DNA of 64,000 bases, from NCBI GenBank assembly GCA_977017575.1, contig CDRNVI010000149.1, positions 372,001 through 436,000 on the forward strand. Reading direction: 5' to 3'. Made by a program: the position numbers and the translations under genes. Every line of letters starts with the position of its first letter. Within the stretch, counting starts at the first letter, position 1. Positions 37,383 through 48,245 of the stretch are shown here, in pieces. The notes below the pieces were generated by a model. That model had not been told where the DNA came from. It made no database searches and was given only the letters and a program-made list of their open reading frames with translations. Source of the stretch: Paramoeba atlantica (Eukaryota > Protista > Discosea).

Positions 37383-37481
37383 ATGGGAAAGTCCGCGAGT
37401 TGCCTCGTTGTCTCCGCTCCTGAGGGGTGATAGGTGACAATCAATGATGATGTTGGAAAACGGAAAGGAACGTGAAACCCA

Positions 37482-37514
<33 letters not shown>

Positions 37515-37539
37515 ACGTGTTCGATCCACGTTTTTGGCA
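37482..37539 (+). pseudogene. 3' part of the split tRNA-Phe(GAA)
   Basis: TTGGGAGAGCG-TCAGA-CTGAAGA-TCTGA-AGGTC-ACGTG-TTCGATC-CACGT-TTTTGGCA followed by a T-run. Confidence 0.9.
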
Positions 37540-37805
37540 TTTTTTTTTCTTTTTTTTTTCTTTTTTTTTTTTTTTTTTTTTTTTGAAATTGAATCAGTTT
37601 TGTGTTTTTGATGTTCAAACTCAAAGATATCTTTTTTTTTTTCAAATCAACTCTTTGGGGTTCACCTTCTTTTGATTCAAAAATTATTCTTGATTCTTTG
37701 GGAAAGATTATCAAAAAAAAAAGAAAGAAAAGGAACAAAGAACACATTTGGAGAAAAAGAAACAACACAACACATCAGAAAAAAAAAAGGAATTGAAAAA
37801 AAAAG

Positions 37806-37877
37806 CTCCCTTGCCGGGAATCGAACCCGGGGTGGCCGGGTGAGAGCCGACCGTGTTACCGACTACACCACAAGGGA
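37806..37877 (-). tRNA. tRNA-Glu(CUC)
   Basis: Identical to the Glu(UUC) genes except at anticodon position 34. Confidence 0.95.
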
Positions 37878-38488
37878 ATTTGTTGAAAAAACCAAAAAAG
37901 AACTGTTGTGTTGTGGTGGGTTGTTTCATTTTGTTGAGAATCTCACTCTCTCTCTCTCTCTCTCTGCATGTGACAGTTCTCCACACATGGGGGTGGGCTC
38001 AAGCTGCTGCACTTGCAGTTGGGGCGATTTGTGGGTTTGAATCGGACCACTGGAGAGGTTTCAACACCCTGAAAGTTAGCTGATGTCATTGCCCACCTCA
38101 GCTCACAAACAGCTCAACTTGATCTTCTTCCATTGTCCAAACTTTTGACCATCGAAAAAAACCCAAGAAAAACATCAACCGTCGAAAAAATAACTTCAAT
38201 GGTCGAAAAAAACATCAAAAATTTCGACCACTGAAAGAAAAAAGTCAATCAAAATTTCGACCGTCGAATTTTGAGTCTTTTGTCTTTTCTTTCTTTTGTC
38301 CTTCTGCTTTTCTCCATCTTTCTCTTTATCATCTGTCTCTTCTTCCTGTTCTTCCTCTTTTCAAGAAATTTAAAACTTTTTTCAAACTTTTACAGACACT
38401 TTCCCCCCTTGTTTTTGGTTTGCCCCTTTTTTTTCTCTCCTGCTCTTTTTCCTTATTGTCTGCTTTTTTTCACTCATTTTTATTAAAT

Positions 38489-38572
38489 GTCGGAATGGTC
38501 GAGTGGTCTAAGACGTGTGACTAGAAATCACATCCTGGAAACGGGGCGTAGGTTCAAATCCTGCTTCCGACG
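38489..38572 (+). tRNA. tRNA-Ser(AGA)
   Basis: TGTGA-CTAGAAA-TCACA arm and long variable arm. Confidence 0.95.
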
Positions 38573-38789
38573 ATTTTTTTTTTTTTTTAAAATTTTTTTT
38601 TCTTTTTTCTCTTTTTTTGGCTTGCAAATTTTTTTTTTTTTATTTTTTTGAGATTCCCTGTAATTCTCCCTAAATTAGGGGATTATCTCCCCCCTCCCTA
38701 ATCTTCCTTTTTTGGTCATTCTTTTTTGGAATTCATTTCTTTTCTTTTTTAGTGGAGTGTGTTTTTTTTTCACTCATTTTTTATGAAAT

Positions 38790-38873
38790 GTCGGAATGGT
38801 CGAGTGGTCTAAGACGTGTGACTCGAAATCACATCCTGGAAACGGGGCGCAGGTTCAAATCCTGCTTCCGACG
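38790..38873 (+). tRNA. tRNA-Ser(CGA)
   Basis: TGTGA-CTCGAAA-TCACA arm; two nucleotides different from Ser(AGA). Confidence 0.95.
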
Positions 38874-39267
38874 AATTTTTTTTTCTTTGTTTTGTTTTTG
38901 AATTTTTTCCTCTTTTTTTTGACTGAAAACATTTTTTTTTCTTTTACTTTTTTTTTTTGAATGAAAAATAATCTTTCAATTTTGATTTTGAAAAGGTTTT
39001 CCCTTCCCTTTGAAAAAGAAAAAAAAAAGAATCTTTGGGAAATCCTGAAAAATAATATTATTTGGGGAAATCAGACTATGTTTTTTCCTCCATTTTTTGT
39101 GAATTAACAATAAAAATTGATTTTCACCTTCATTTTCTCCAATCACTTTTTTCATTTGTATATTTTTCCTTTTTCTGCTCTTTTTCTTTGTTTTTCACTT
39201 TGTTTTTCTGTTTCTCCAGAAATTTTTCCCACTGGAAAGCCAAAAAATTGGTTCATTTTTCAGAAAT

Positions 39268-39340
39268 GCTCGTTTAGCTTAGTCGGTAGAGCGCCGTGCT
39301 AATAACGCGGAGGTCACAGGTTCGATCCCTGTAATGAGCA
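39268..39340 (+). tRNA. tRNA-Ile(AAU)
   Basis: CCGTG-CTAATAA-CGCGG arm, intact A and B boxes. Confidence 0.95.
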
Positions 39341-39579
39341 ATTTATTTTTTGAAAAAAAAATTGAAAAAAAGATAAATCTCGCTGACTTCCTCCTTTTCC
39401 TTGTTGTTGGTTGTTTGGTAATTGAATGGGGTTTTCTTTTGTCTTTGTTGTTTTGCTCAAGAAGGAATTAAAAACCTCTTTTTTTTTTTTCTCTTTGTGT
39501 GTCTTTTTCTTCTTTTTCCTTCTTCCATCAAAATCAGCCCCCCCATCACACTAAAAATTTGACTTTTTTTTCAACAAAT

Positions 39580-39652
39580 GCCACTATAGCTCAGTCGGTA
39601 GAGCGCTAGGCTTTTAACCTAGTGGTCAAGGGTTCGAGCCCCTTTAGTGGCT
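39580..39652 (+). tRNA. tRNA-Lys(UUU)
   Basis: CTAGG-CTTTTAA-CCTAG arm. Confidence 0.95.
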
Positions 39653-40858
39653 TTTTTTTTTTTAATTTTCAAAAAAAAAAAAAAAGAAAAAAAGTTTCCC
39701 CACTGACCCTCTTTTGCTCCAATTGAAGTTTGTTTGTGACACTCAAATTCATTTTGGAAAAATTTGGTTTTCTCTGTTTTTCTCTTTTTTTTGGGTGATG
39801 GTAACAAATTGCTTGGAAAGAAACAGAAAAGGGGTAAAAAAAAATTTCTTTCCAAAAAATGAAAGGCCCTCTTCCATTGCACAACAAAGTAATTGGAGAA
39901 TGGACCAAAATTTTTGAAACAACTCACTGAGAGGAAGGTTTTCAAACAGCTTTTGATCTGGTGAATAAGAAAAAACAAAAGATTTTCATACACAATCTGT
40001 GGAAGCGAAAATTTTTCACATGAGATGATTTCAATTTTTTGTTGGCAAGAGAATGATTGTTGTCAAGGGTGAATATATGGTGATTGTTCACTTTGCAATA
40101 GAAGAAACCAAAGAAACCAATTGAAGTTGAACTTTGTGGCTGTTGAAGTTTTATGATATCACAAAAGTACTGTTCCAAAAAATAATTTGGGGTTTGATAT
40201 TTTGGTTCTTTTTATTTTGTTTTAATCCAATTTGTTTTTGAGTTTGTTTTAAAGTTCCTTATTTTTTTTTGAGAATTATTCATCTTTTTTTTTATGTTGA
40301 AAAATAGATCTTGCATCCTCTTCTCTCCTCTTTTTCTCATTTTTGGGTGAGTTGCTCCTCTGATTTTTTCAACATTTTCTTGTTTTTGACTTCAATTATA
40401 AAAATAAGTCTTCTTCAACAAAAAAATTTTTGGGAAAAAAGGATGAAGAATGGAAAAAACCAATCCTAAAATCAAAACAAAAAGAAAAACAACAAAAAAC
40501 GGATAAAAGAAGATAGAAAGAGAAGAAGAATAGAAAGAGGAAACCCAAAAGAGGAGAAAGAAGAGATCACCATAGGCATTGGAGTTTGCAAAACAGAGAC
40601 CTTTCATATCTTGTGATTTATTATTATTAGTGTGAGTTCAAAAGAAATCAGAAAAAAGGAGAGAGAATCAAAAAATAAAAATAGAAAAAAAAAAGAGAAG
40701 AGAAAAAAGAGAAGAGAGAAAAAAAAAAAGAAAAAAAGAAAAAAACCATATCACTTTGATCTTTTGAAGACACAAAATTTGAAGAATTCCTCTTTTTTTC
40801 ATGTATTTTTGGATTGAATCAAAAAAAAGAAAAAGAAAGAGAAAGAGAAAAAAAAATC

Positions 40859-40930
40859 CTCCCCGACCGGGAATCGAACCCGGGACTCCCGCGTGACAGG
40901 CGGGGATTTTGCCAACTATACTATCGGGGA
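40859..40930 (-). tRNA. tRNA-Asp(GUC)
   Basis: Reverse complement CCCGC-CTGTCAC-GCGGG arm. Confidence 0.95.
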
Positions 40931-41599
40931 TTTGTTGAAAGAGTGAAAAAAAGTAAGAAGGATTACCAAAAAAATCAATCAAAAAAAATCAAAAAAACAA
41001 AAACCCTCTTGAAGAAGAGAAAATAAAAAGGGAGAAAATGAAAAAGAATAATAAAAAATCCCTTCCTCTCTTCCAAATTAGTTCCAAATGAGGTTCACTC
41101 ATGTGAAAATCACCAAATAAAAAAAGAAATGTTCCTTCCTTTCTAAAAACACCCTCATTCTCCCATTTTCTGAATCACAAACAACAATTCTACCTTCCCC
41201 ATCCACATCAACACCTCCCTCTTGGACCATGGAATATTGAGAATCACACCTGAACCTTCTGTTCCAAAACATCAAATAAAATTCCCTTCATATTCCATCA
41301 CTTGAATTTGATGATTCTCAAAATCAGAAACAAACAACAATATTCCCATCCCCCTCCTATCAATGCCAACATTGTAAAGATTGTTAAACTGACCCCTTCA
41401 GAAGAATCTTCCGACCAATCATTATCAATAATAATTAAACACTTGAATTCAATGATTGGAAATATCAGCAACAATAATTCGACCTTCTTCATCCACATCC
41501 ACACCCACACTGGTTCATCATCAACCTGACCATCTTCAGAACCTTTTGATCCAAAAGATTTGATCAATTCTCCTTCTCTTTGTTTAAGATTACAACCTT

Positions 41600-42270
41600 T
41601 GACTCCCATGATACAAATATCGAATTGAGTGAAATTCAAAAAACAAATACTTCCCCTTGGTCGATGCACAAAAAAGTCGAAACCGCTCTTACAAAGTCAC
41701 AATGATCCCAATTGTCTGATCAGATCACTTGGTAGAATGTGACTTCAAACTTGCAAGGTATGTCAGATCGACTGGATCTCAGGAGAGATGGACAAAACAA
41801 AAGCAAAGCCAAACCAAAGATCAAATCGAAAATGTAGATTTATTCAAGGAAACAAACAAGGTGAACATTTGCTCAAGAGAGAGAAATGTGAGGGCAGTGA
41901 AAAGACAGTTGAGATGTGATCGTGACAAGAATAAAAAGGAACACAAAAACAGCGTTTTTGTGGAAGGAAACAAGGACAAAATCAAATCAGGAAGGGATAA
42001 AATAAACATCAGGAAAAATAGGAAAAGGGAAAATAATACAAGGGGAAAAATACAACAGAGAAAGGGAAAAGAGAGAGAGAAAGAGCAGTGATCAATCGGA
42101 GGAGCGGAGCGACAGGATGGCATCAAATTGAATAGAAGACAACCGAACAGGGTTCGTAACAAGGTAACCTCATCAATGCAAGAGCTCCCCCCAACAAGAG
42201 TACAACACTGCCTCCAGCTTATGTTTGAGACAGTAATTGAAGGATCCCAATGGCTTTGAAAAATGTGATC
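41600..42270 (+). pseudogene. Decayed second copy of the RLE C-terminus of the R2-like element
   Basis: Matches the reverse complement of ~31790-32040, split by a solo LTR. Confidence 0.85.
41761..42161. mobile_element. Solo LTR, 401 bp
   Basis: TGTCAG...GTAACA termini with AGGTA duplicated at 41756-41760 and 42162-42166. Removing it restores the host sequence. Confidence 0.85.
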
Positions 42271-42314
42271 AATCTTTGTTTTGAATCTAAAAAATTGACA
42301 TCTTTTCAATACAT

Positions 42315-42387
42315 TCCTCCTTAGCTCAGTTGGCAGAGCGTGTGGCTGTTAACCACAAGGTCGGAGGTTCGAACCCTCCAGGTGGAG
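42315..42387 (+). tRNA. tRNA-Asn(GUU)
   Basis: TGTGG-CTGTTAA-CCACA arm; U4:U69 mismatch in the acceptor stem. Confidence 0.92.
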
Positions 42388-42417
42388 TTTTTTTTTTCTT
42401 TTTTTACACAACAAAAT

Positions 42418-42798
42418 GCCGCTGCAAAGGTTTTGGCCAAAGAAAGTGTGGATGTGTCCTCATGGCTTGGGCGTGGCTGCTCTGAGTGCCATTGCTGCAA
42501 TTAGAAATGAAATCCATGTTATGCATCACTCAATATGGAAATGGCTCTGCTTCAAGTGATGAGAAGGAACTGGAAGGGTTGGTGGTGCGATCAGTGCGGC
42601 TCTGGGTCTGCAACAAGACCATTGAGGGAGAAAAGATGTGTTTTCAATGACATAATGCCTGCAATGGATCTTCTGATGGTGTCTTATGGTGCCGCCATAA
42701 CTATTATTTTGTGGCATTCCCTTTGGACTTCTCCTGTCTTTTATTGTCTTCTCTCTGTGTGTGTGTGGTCTCTTTAGAAAGGTGCTCTTGAAGGGTAA
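42418..42798 (+). mobile_element. Deleted, diverged copy of the DIRS-like element (methylase and YR pieces plus right end)
   Basis: Matches 22450-22490, 22875-22920 and 23440-23475; ends CTTTAGAAAGG...GAAGGGTAA. Confidence 0.75.
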
Positions 42799-42811
42799 TT
42801 GTCATATATCT

Positions 42812-42928
42812 GGTTGGGTAGCGAAGCGGTCAAACGCGCCAGACTCAAGAGTTAAATCTTGGCTGTAAAAATACAGTGTTTAGTCTTCTGGTCCTTCGGG
42901 TTCGTGGGTTCGAATCCCACCTCAACCA
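42812..42928 (+). tRNA. tRNA-Leu(CAA) with 36-nt intron (42850-42885)
   Basis: CCAGA-CTCAAG[intron]T-TCTGG; long variable arm. Confidence 0.93.
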
Positions 42929-44069
42929 TTTTTTTTTTGATTTATTTTTTTTACGCCTTTCATTTCAAGGTGCTGTGTTTTCTTTTTCTTTTTTTTTTTT
43001 GAAATTTGGATGTTGAAAAAGGGAGTGTCAAGGATTATTGAACCTCACTGCTCAATTGGTTGGAGGAAAATGGAGGGAGAACTTTAGGGAAACCTGAAGG
43101 TCTCAAGGGGAAGGCAACCAAGAAAAATTCAAGAGGAAAACCTGAGTGAATTAATGTCTTATTTCATCAAGAAGTGGGTGAAGCAAAGGATGCGCCAACA
43201 AAAATTCATCATCTTTTGTTGGGAGATTTTCCCCAATCCCTTTTTGTGTCCTTTTTCCTCTTGCAATGTGAATGAGGAGTGGGTGGGTTTTTGTGTTCAT
43301 GGAACAGAACCAAATTGATGACTGAAACTTCTTCGCAAAGATCACGAAGAAATCCTCTGATGGTGTGATGTATCTTTGCTAATTAAGATCCAAACATCTC
43401 TTTTGGCCTACCACACCCCCTGCTAATTTTGGAATAATCAAGAAATCAATTCATTGGGGGGGGGGGGGGGTGTTTTGATGATCTCCTCCAAAATAAAACT
43501 GGTTGTTGAAAAAAAGTAGGATGTGAAAAGAGGCAAATAACAGGAAAAAAAATACTTTTATATAAAATCAAATCATCTTGCCTTGAATGAGTCTCCCCCC
43601 TCTCCTCTCAATACAATGTTCCCAGTGTAAATAAGGAAATCCTTTGCAGCTTCAAAAACAAAACTCATCCCAACACTTGTCGGGCTCCTCTGGAGCAAAA
43701 GGGACACCCACCATTTGTAGCTTTCGAACGCTTTCATCTGACAGACATCTCAGAAAACTGAAAAAACCAAGATTCTCACCGATATCTACTTGATGGTCTT
43801 TCACCTGTCCATGGAAATGGGAAAGATGAGGCGCCCTCTTATGAAGAGCTCCAGAATAGTTTTCTTCAACTCTGAGAAGAGAGATAGCTGATGAACAAGG
43901 ACTCGGATGGTATGAGAAGACAAATCTCTCCTGGCTCAGCTCAATGTTGATAGCTCAACCCTTCCCATCTCAAGACTTTGGAACATCTAGTAAGGTTGCT
44001 CAAAGAGAGAGAACCTGAGAGAACTGGTGAAAGAAACGAACAGACCCTTGTTCAAACTTCTCATCTCTA

Positions 44070-44399
44070 TCACGCGCATTCCTTCAAAGAGATTTTGTTC
44101 TTCTTCAAATACAGATCGAGAAAATGAGTGGCATACTGCCGGAACTCGCTCATTTTCGAATTAGGCATTCGAAAATTTTGGTACCTGAACAAATCTGTCA
44201 ATCTCCTCTTCAGTTTGTCCAAACATCCTCCACAAAAAGCCTCAAGCGCAATAACAAATGGATCTTGGAACTTGCTCATCATCTTCCAACTAATTGAATT
44301 AGGCAGTTTGAGAAACAACGCCAGATCCCTACCAAGGGTGCCACATTCAACCAGACTTTTGAGTTGAGCTTCTCTCTCACAACATATAACAGAAATCAT
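44070..44399 (-). pseudogene. Gag-like fragment, inverted paralog of 45241-45594
   Basis: YQNFRM...FLDLYLKK versus YNQFRI...FVDLYLKK. Confidence 0.45.
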
Positions 44400-44635
44400 T
44401 TATTTGGGAAAAAAACTTGATTGGGAGGATACCGTGAAGAGATTGTGAATAAAGGCTATTTTTAACCCTTGAACTTTCGGCCCAACTTTCAGCCAACTTC
44501 ACCGAACACCCTTGATAGGGACTGTTTGATGACATCACAAAGGCGACGCGACGCGATGCGCTTTTCTTTTGTCGTTTTCCCTTTTGGTTTCTAAAGATCA
44601 GTTTTTCACACACCACTTTGTTTTCAGTTTTTACA

Positions 44636-46780
44636 TTGGCGATGCTGGTAGATCGATGGCTCTTTTCTGGGATGAGTTAAAGGAGACTTACTTGGTAGAA
44701 AACCCTGATGGGGATAGTGATTTCTGCTGGCAGTGATCAAGAAGGTTGAGCCCGCCCCGAGGAAAGGCAAGAGCCTGAAAACCCCCAAGAAAGAGAACTG
44801 TTTCCACCAGGAAGAACTTGAGGAACAGGAAGAACCCCCAGAGGGAGAAAGGATGGTACCCCCAAGTGGAACCCACCTTCACCAGGGATGAAGCCAAAGA
44901 GATGCTCTCAGAGATGGAAGGGAGGCTTTTGGCATCGATCACTATTCAGATAAGGACCTATTCCCAGCGGTCTCAACAAAGCCCATCAGGAACCCCCCCT
45001 CAGTAAGAATGGGAATCAACCCATCAGCCAGGCAGTAACCACCCACAAGGGATGGAAGAGTAAAAGATGATTTGAAGGAGAATAGACACAAAATTCGAAC
45101 TACAGAGTTGGAAAGACAGACTTTGGATCCAAGCCAAAGTAGCCAATTTTTGTGTCTGGGTGCAGGATTGCATAGCCAGTACCACCTGTGGGAGAAGGCA
45201 GTCGCAATGGCAGACGTCCTGAAAGGGAGGTGGATCTCCCTTGCAGTGTCTCTCCTCTGGGGCTCAATTGGAGCAGTGCCACAAGATGACCTCCAAAAGA
45301 CAATCCCACATCTTCAAGAGGCTTACGGGGATTCCAGAGTACAGAAACCCGATCAGTCAGTATAATCAATTTCGGATTGATGACAGCTACGGGGATCTGA
45401 CCTTTAAGAAGAAAGCTCTCAAGTTTGTTGATCTCTACCTCAAGAAAGAGAGGAAAGAAACAATACCAAGTCTCAGACCGGGAACTCATCTCAGACAGAG
45501 ATTGAGCACAAAATCGAGGTGGACACTCAAACAGAGGCTCAGTATCAAATTTACAAAAGCAGAAAAACATGGACTGACTTTGTTGAAGTCATGAACGCCC
45601 TGAGGCCCTCTTTTTCTTTTTGGTAGATGATAATGTTACCAAAACCAAAATGAATCGGAAAACTGGGAAGAAAGAATTTTGGGGACAACTTGATCTCCCT
45701 TCACAAATACGAAAGAAGTTGGGGGTCATTGCCTATCAGAAAATTTTTCGAGATGGGTCCAACCGCGACCGACAGTGACTGGCCCTGTGAAAATCAAATT
45801 TTCACAAGGAAAAAAAACTGTTATCTATTTCTGGTGGCTATTTTCTTTGAAACCAAGATGGAAGGCCAGCAAGGGGGATGGTTGAAAACTGGAAACTCCC
45901 AGTCGCCCCAGTTGTTGTTGTGAAAGAGGAGAGAGCTCTCAACAAATAGACTTTTTTTGCAAAAATAAATTATTTTTTTTTATCTGAGTCACCGCCTTTA
46001 TTTTTTTCTCTTTCTTTCCATCCTCCTTACTTTTTAGGATGAGTTTTCCACAACTTCAGTCCACCTCGTGGATCTAAAGCGCTTCCAACCTCTCCTAGAA
46101 ATTTTCAGGCCTGTGGTTTCCAGAGAAAAGAACTACCCTGAGCCAAAAATCGTTCCTTTTCTGCGCGTAAACTCTTCTCCAACTCTTCTCAAATGAAAAC
46201 TCCTAGATTTTTTGTTCGCTTTTTTTTCTTTTTTTGGGGTTGAAAAAGATCTCCAACAACTCACACACTGGATACACACTAACTCAGAAAAAGAGAGTGT
46301 TATGGGTTGCACTGGGTGATGGAAAAGTTCAAAGAGTTCATTCAAAGGATGTGATGTGGTTGCATTCACCAACCACCACAGCTTGAAGGACTTGAGCAAT
46401 TCGATGAAGAAATCAAGAAGTGGCATGATAAACAATTGGTTAATTATAACATCTCTCAAATGGTGAGAGAGACAAGTTCTCCATAAACCAGGAAAGACAA
46501 ACTAGTAATTCCAGATGCCCTCAGCAGAGCGCAATACACATATAAGCCCTTGATATAATTCGGCCCTGGCTTCACTGTGGAAGACCGAAAATTGACAGTG
46601 GTAGAGGGACAAACAGAAAAAAGGATGAAAAGAAAGAATGACACTTTGGCCGGAAAAGGAAACTGGCTCAGGGTGGGAGCACATATATTATAAAAGTCTT
46701 GTATTACTTTGGCCCTGGCTTCACTTCAAACTGACAAAACATGGAGTGTCCACCAGAGGGGGGCAGAAACAGACCCAGGA
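44636..46780 (+). mobile_element. Ty3/Gypsy LTR retrotransposon remnant
   Basis: Possible LTR end and PBS (TTACA-TTGGCG at 44635); RNase H pieces REKNYP, FTNHHSL and HKPGK...IPDALSR (~46100-46540); integrase zinc-finger-like piece with LWPW. Confidence 0.6.
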
Positions 46781-46854
46781 AACCAGCCAAGGACAAACTT
46801 CATCCAATGGATGTTCTGCTTGGAAAAGCCCTGTTAATCCTCAGCATCCCCACC

Positions 46855-46972
46855 TGCATGCAATCTGTCAGCGGTTGTTCCTTGTTTCTTTTCAATGACC
46901 CTTTGTCCAAAAACACTGCAAGGTGTCGATGCATTTGCAAAGGTTTGGCCAAAGAAAGTGTGGATGGCTTCT
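46855..46972 (+). mobile_element. DIRS-like element fragment (methylase-like domain)
   Basis: Matches 22375-22485. Confidence 0.8.
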
Positions 46973-47548
46973 TGGGTGCAGTCGAAAGATCTGTTCGAGA
47001 AGTTAAAGGTCTTACTCTATTAAATTGTTGGAAGGTGTGATTGTCCAGAAACATAAGTCAACACTACCATTTGCTTGGGTGTCTGGAAGAGAGAAAGAAA
47101 CCAGGCACCAAATTATGAGGGGGGGGGGGGTTGAAGTTGGAAATTGCGACAATCGAAAAATGCTTTTTGTAGTTTAGCTCTTGCAAAATTGTCCAAAGAA
47201 ACAGGTAAAAAAGGCTGTGATGATGTGAATGAAAGAAACTGAAAGAATAAATCTTTGAGAACCATACCATTCTTTCTAAAATGGTGGTACATTGGTGATG
47301 AAAGAGGACCACCCTCACCATCAACCTTCAAAAAAAGATGATAGTGTGACTTACACTTTCAAAATTGTTTTTGAAAAAAGTTTCAAATTTTTCTTGGTTT
47401 TCTGGACCCACAAACAGATACACCATTTTTGATGGAGAAAACAAAAGAACAAACAATGACCTCAAAAAATAAGACCAATTTCTGCCCCACCACCTCCACA
47501 CACATGGTGTGGTGTGGTGGTTCCACAAAATTGAAGGTAAAAAAAAAG

Positions 47549-47620
47549 CTCCCTTGCCGGGAATCGAACCCGGGGTGGCCGGGTGAAAGCCGACCGTGTT
47601 ACCGACTACACCACAAGGGA
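47549..47620 (-). tRNA. tRNA-Glu(UUC), second copy
   Basis: Identical to 24969-25040. Confidence 0.95.
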
Positions 47621-47629
47621 ATTTGTGAA

Positions 47630-48245
47630 TAACCCTCCGAGAGTTCCTTTCTAAAGGAACAAGACTCATGGAGAAGACAAAAGGAGACAGAAACAAGAAA
47701 AAGGAGAGAAAGACAGAAGGAAAAATCCAAAGAGGACTGCACATTTATTCCATCCCGACCCACCCTACATGAGCCAAGTGCATTGACATAACAGACAAGC
47801 CAAAAGGGCTTGGAAGTGAAATGATCACCAGATCCAAGAAGAATCTGGAAACCGAAAGGTTGAATGGTTCTACCCGAGACATGTATCCACACATCTGATG
47901 CTCATCGACGAATCCGTACTCCAAAGTGGAGAGTCCAAACGCATAGTCCAATGCCAAAGTCCAAGGTGCAAGACCAAGGAGCAAAAGGAAAGAACAAAGG
48001 AGAGCAAGCAGCAAGGGTGGGGTGGACGGGATGAACACAAGAAAACAACGTTCACGAGAACGAAGGAACAAAAAGAAAAGTGAAAAAGAAAGAAGAAAGA
48101 AGCGAGAGCGGTGACACTGGTCGAGATTCCAATCTCAGAGACCAACAGGGTCTGACGTCAGCCACCTTACCAGAAAAAGGAGACCCCGGGTGAGGGAAAA
48201 GTCACCCTCTACAGGTTACCCCGCTTTCCTAATTGGAAAGCGGCC
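47630..48245 (-). mobile_element. Non-autonomous 616 bp derivative of the DIRS-like element
   Basis: Retains ~210 bp of the left end (19714-19925) and ~115 bp of the right end (23620-23734); absent from the paralogous site at 25049. Confidence 0.92.

Larger units (their letters stand above)
31648..37481 (-). mobile_element. R2-like RLE non-LTR retrotransposon inserted in tRNA-Phe, itself interrupted by a Mutator-type element
   Basis: Myb-like domain (ATG 37382), RT, CCHC, then RLE ending at 31731; ~80 nt 3' UTR with AATAAA abutting tRNA nt 13. Confidence 0.85.

Noticed and set aside
31648-37481. Dada-type DNA transposon as the cause of the tRNA-Phe disruption
   Set aside because: No 6-7 bp duplication; the outer sequence is a continuous Myb-RT-RLE element, and the DNA transposon is nested inside it.
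37383-37481. HDV-like ribozyme in the 5' UTR of the R2-like element
   Set aside because: The nested double pseudoknot could not be folded by eye; a covariance search is needed.
39920-40120. Ulp1-like protease relic
   Set aside because: Only a faint resemblance across several stop codons.
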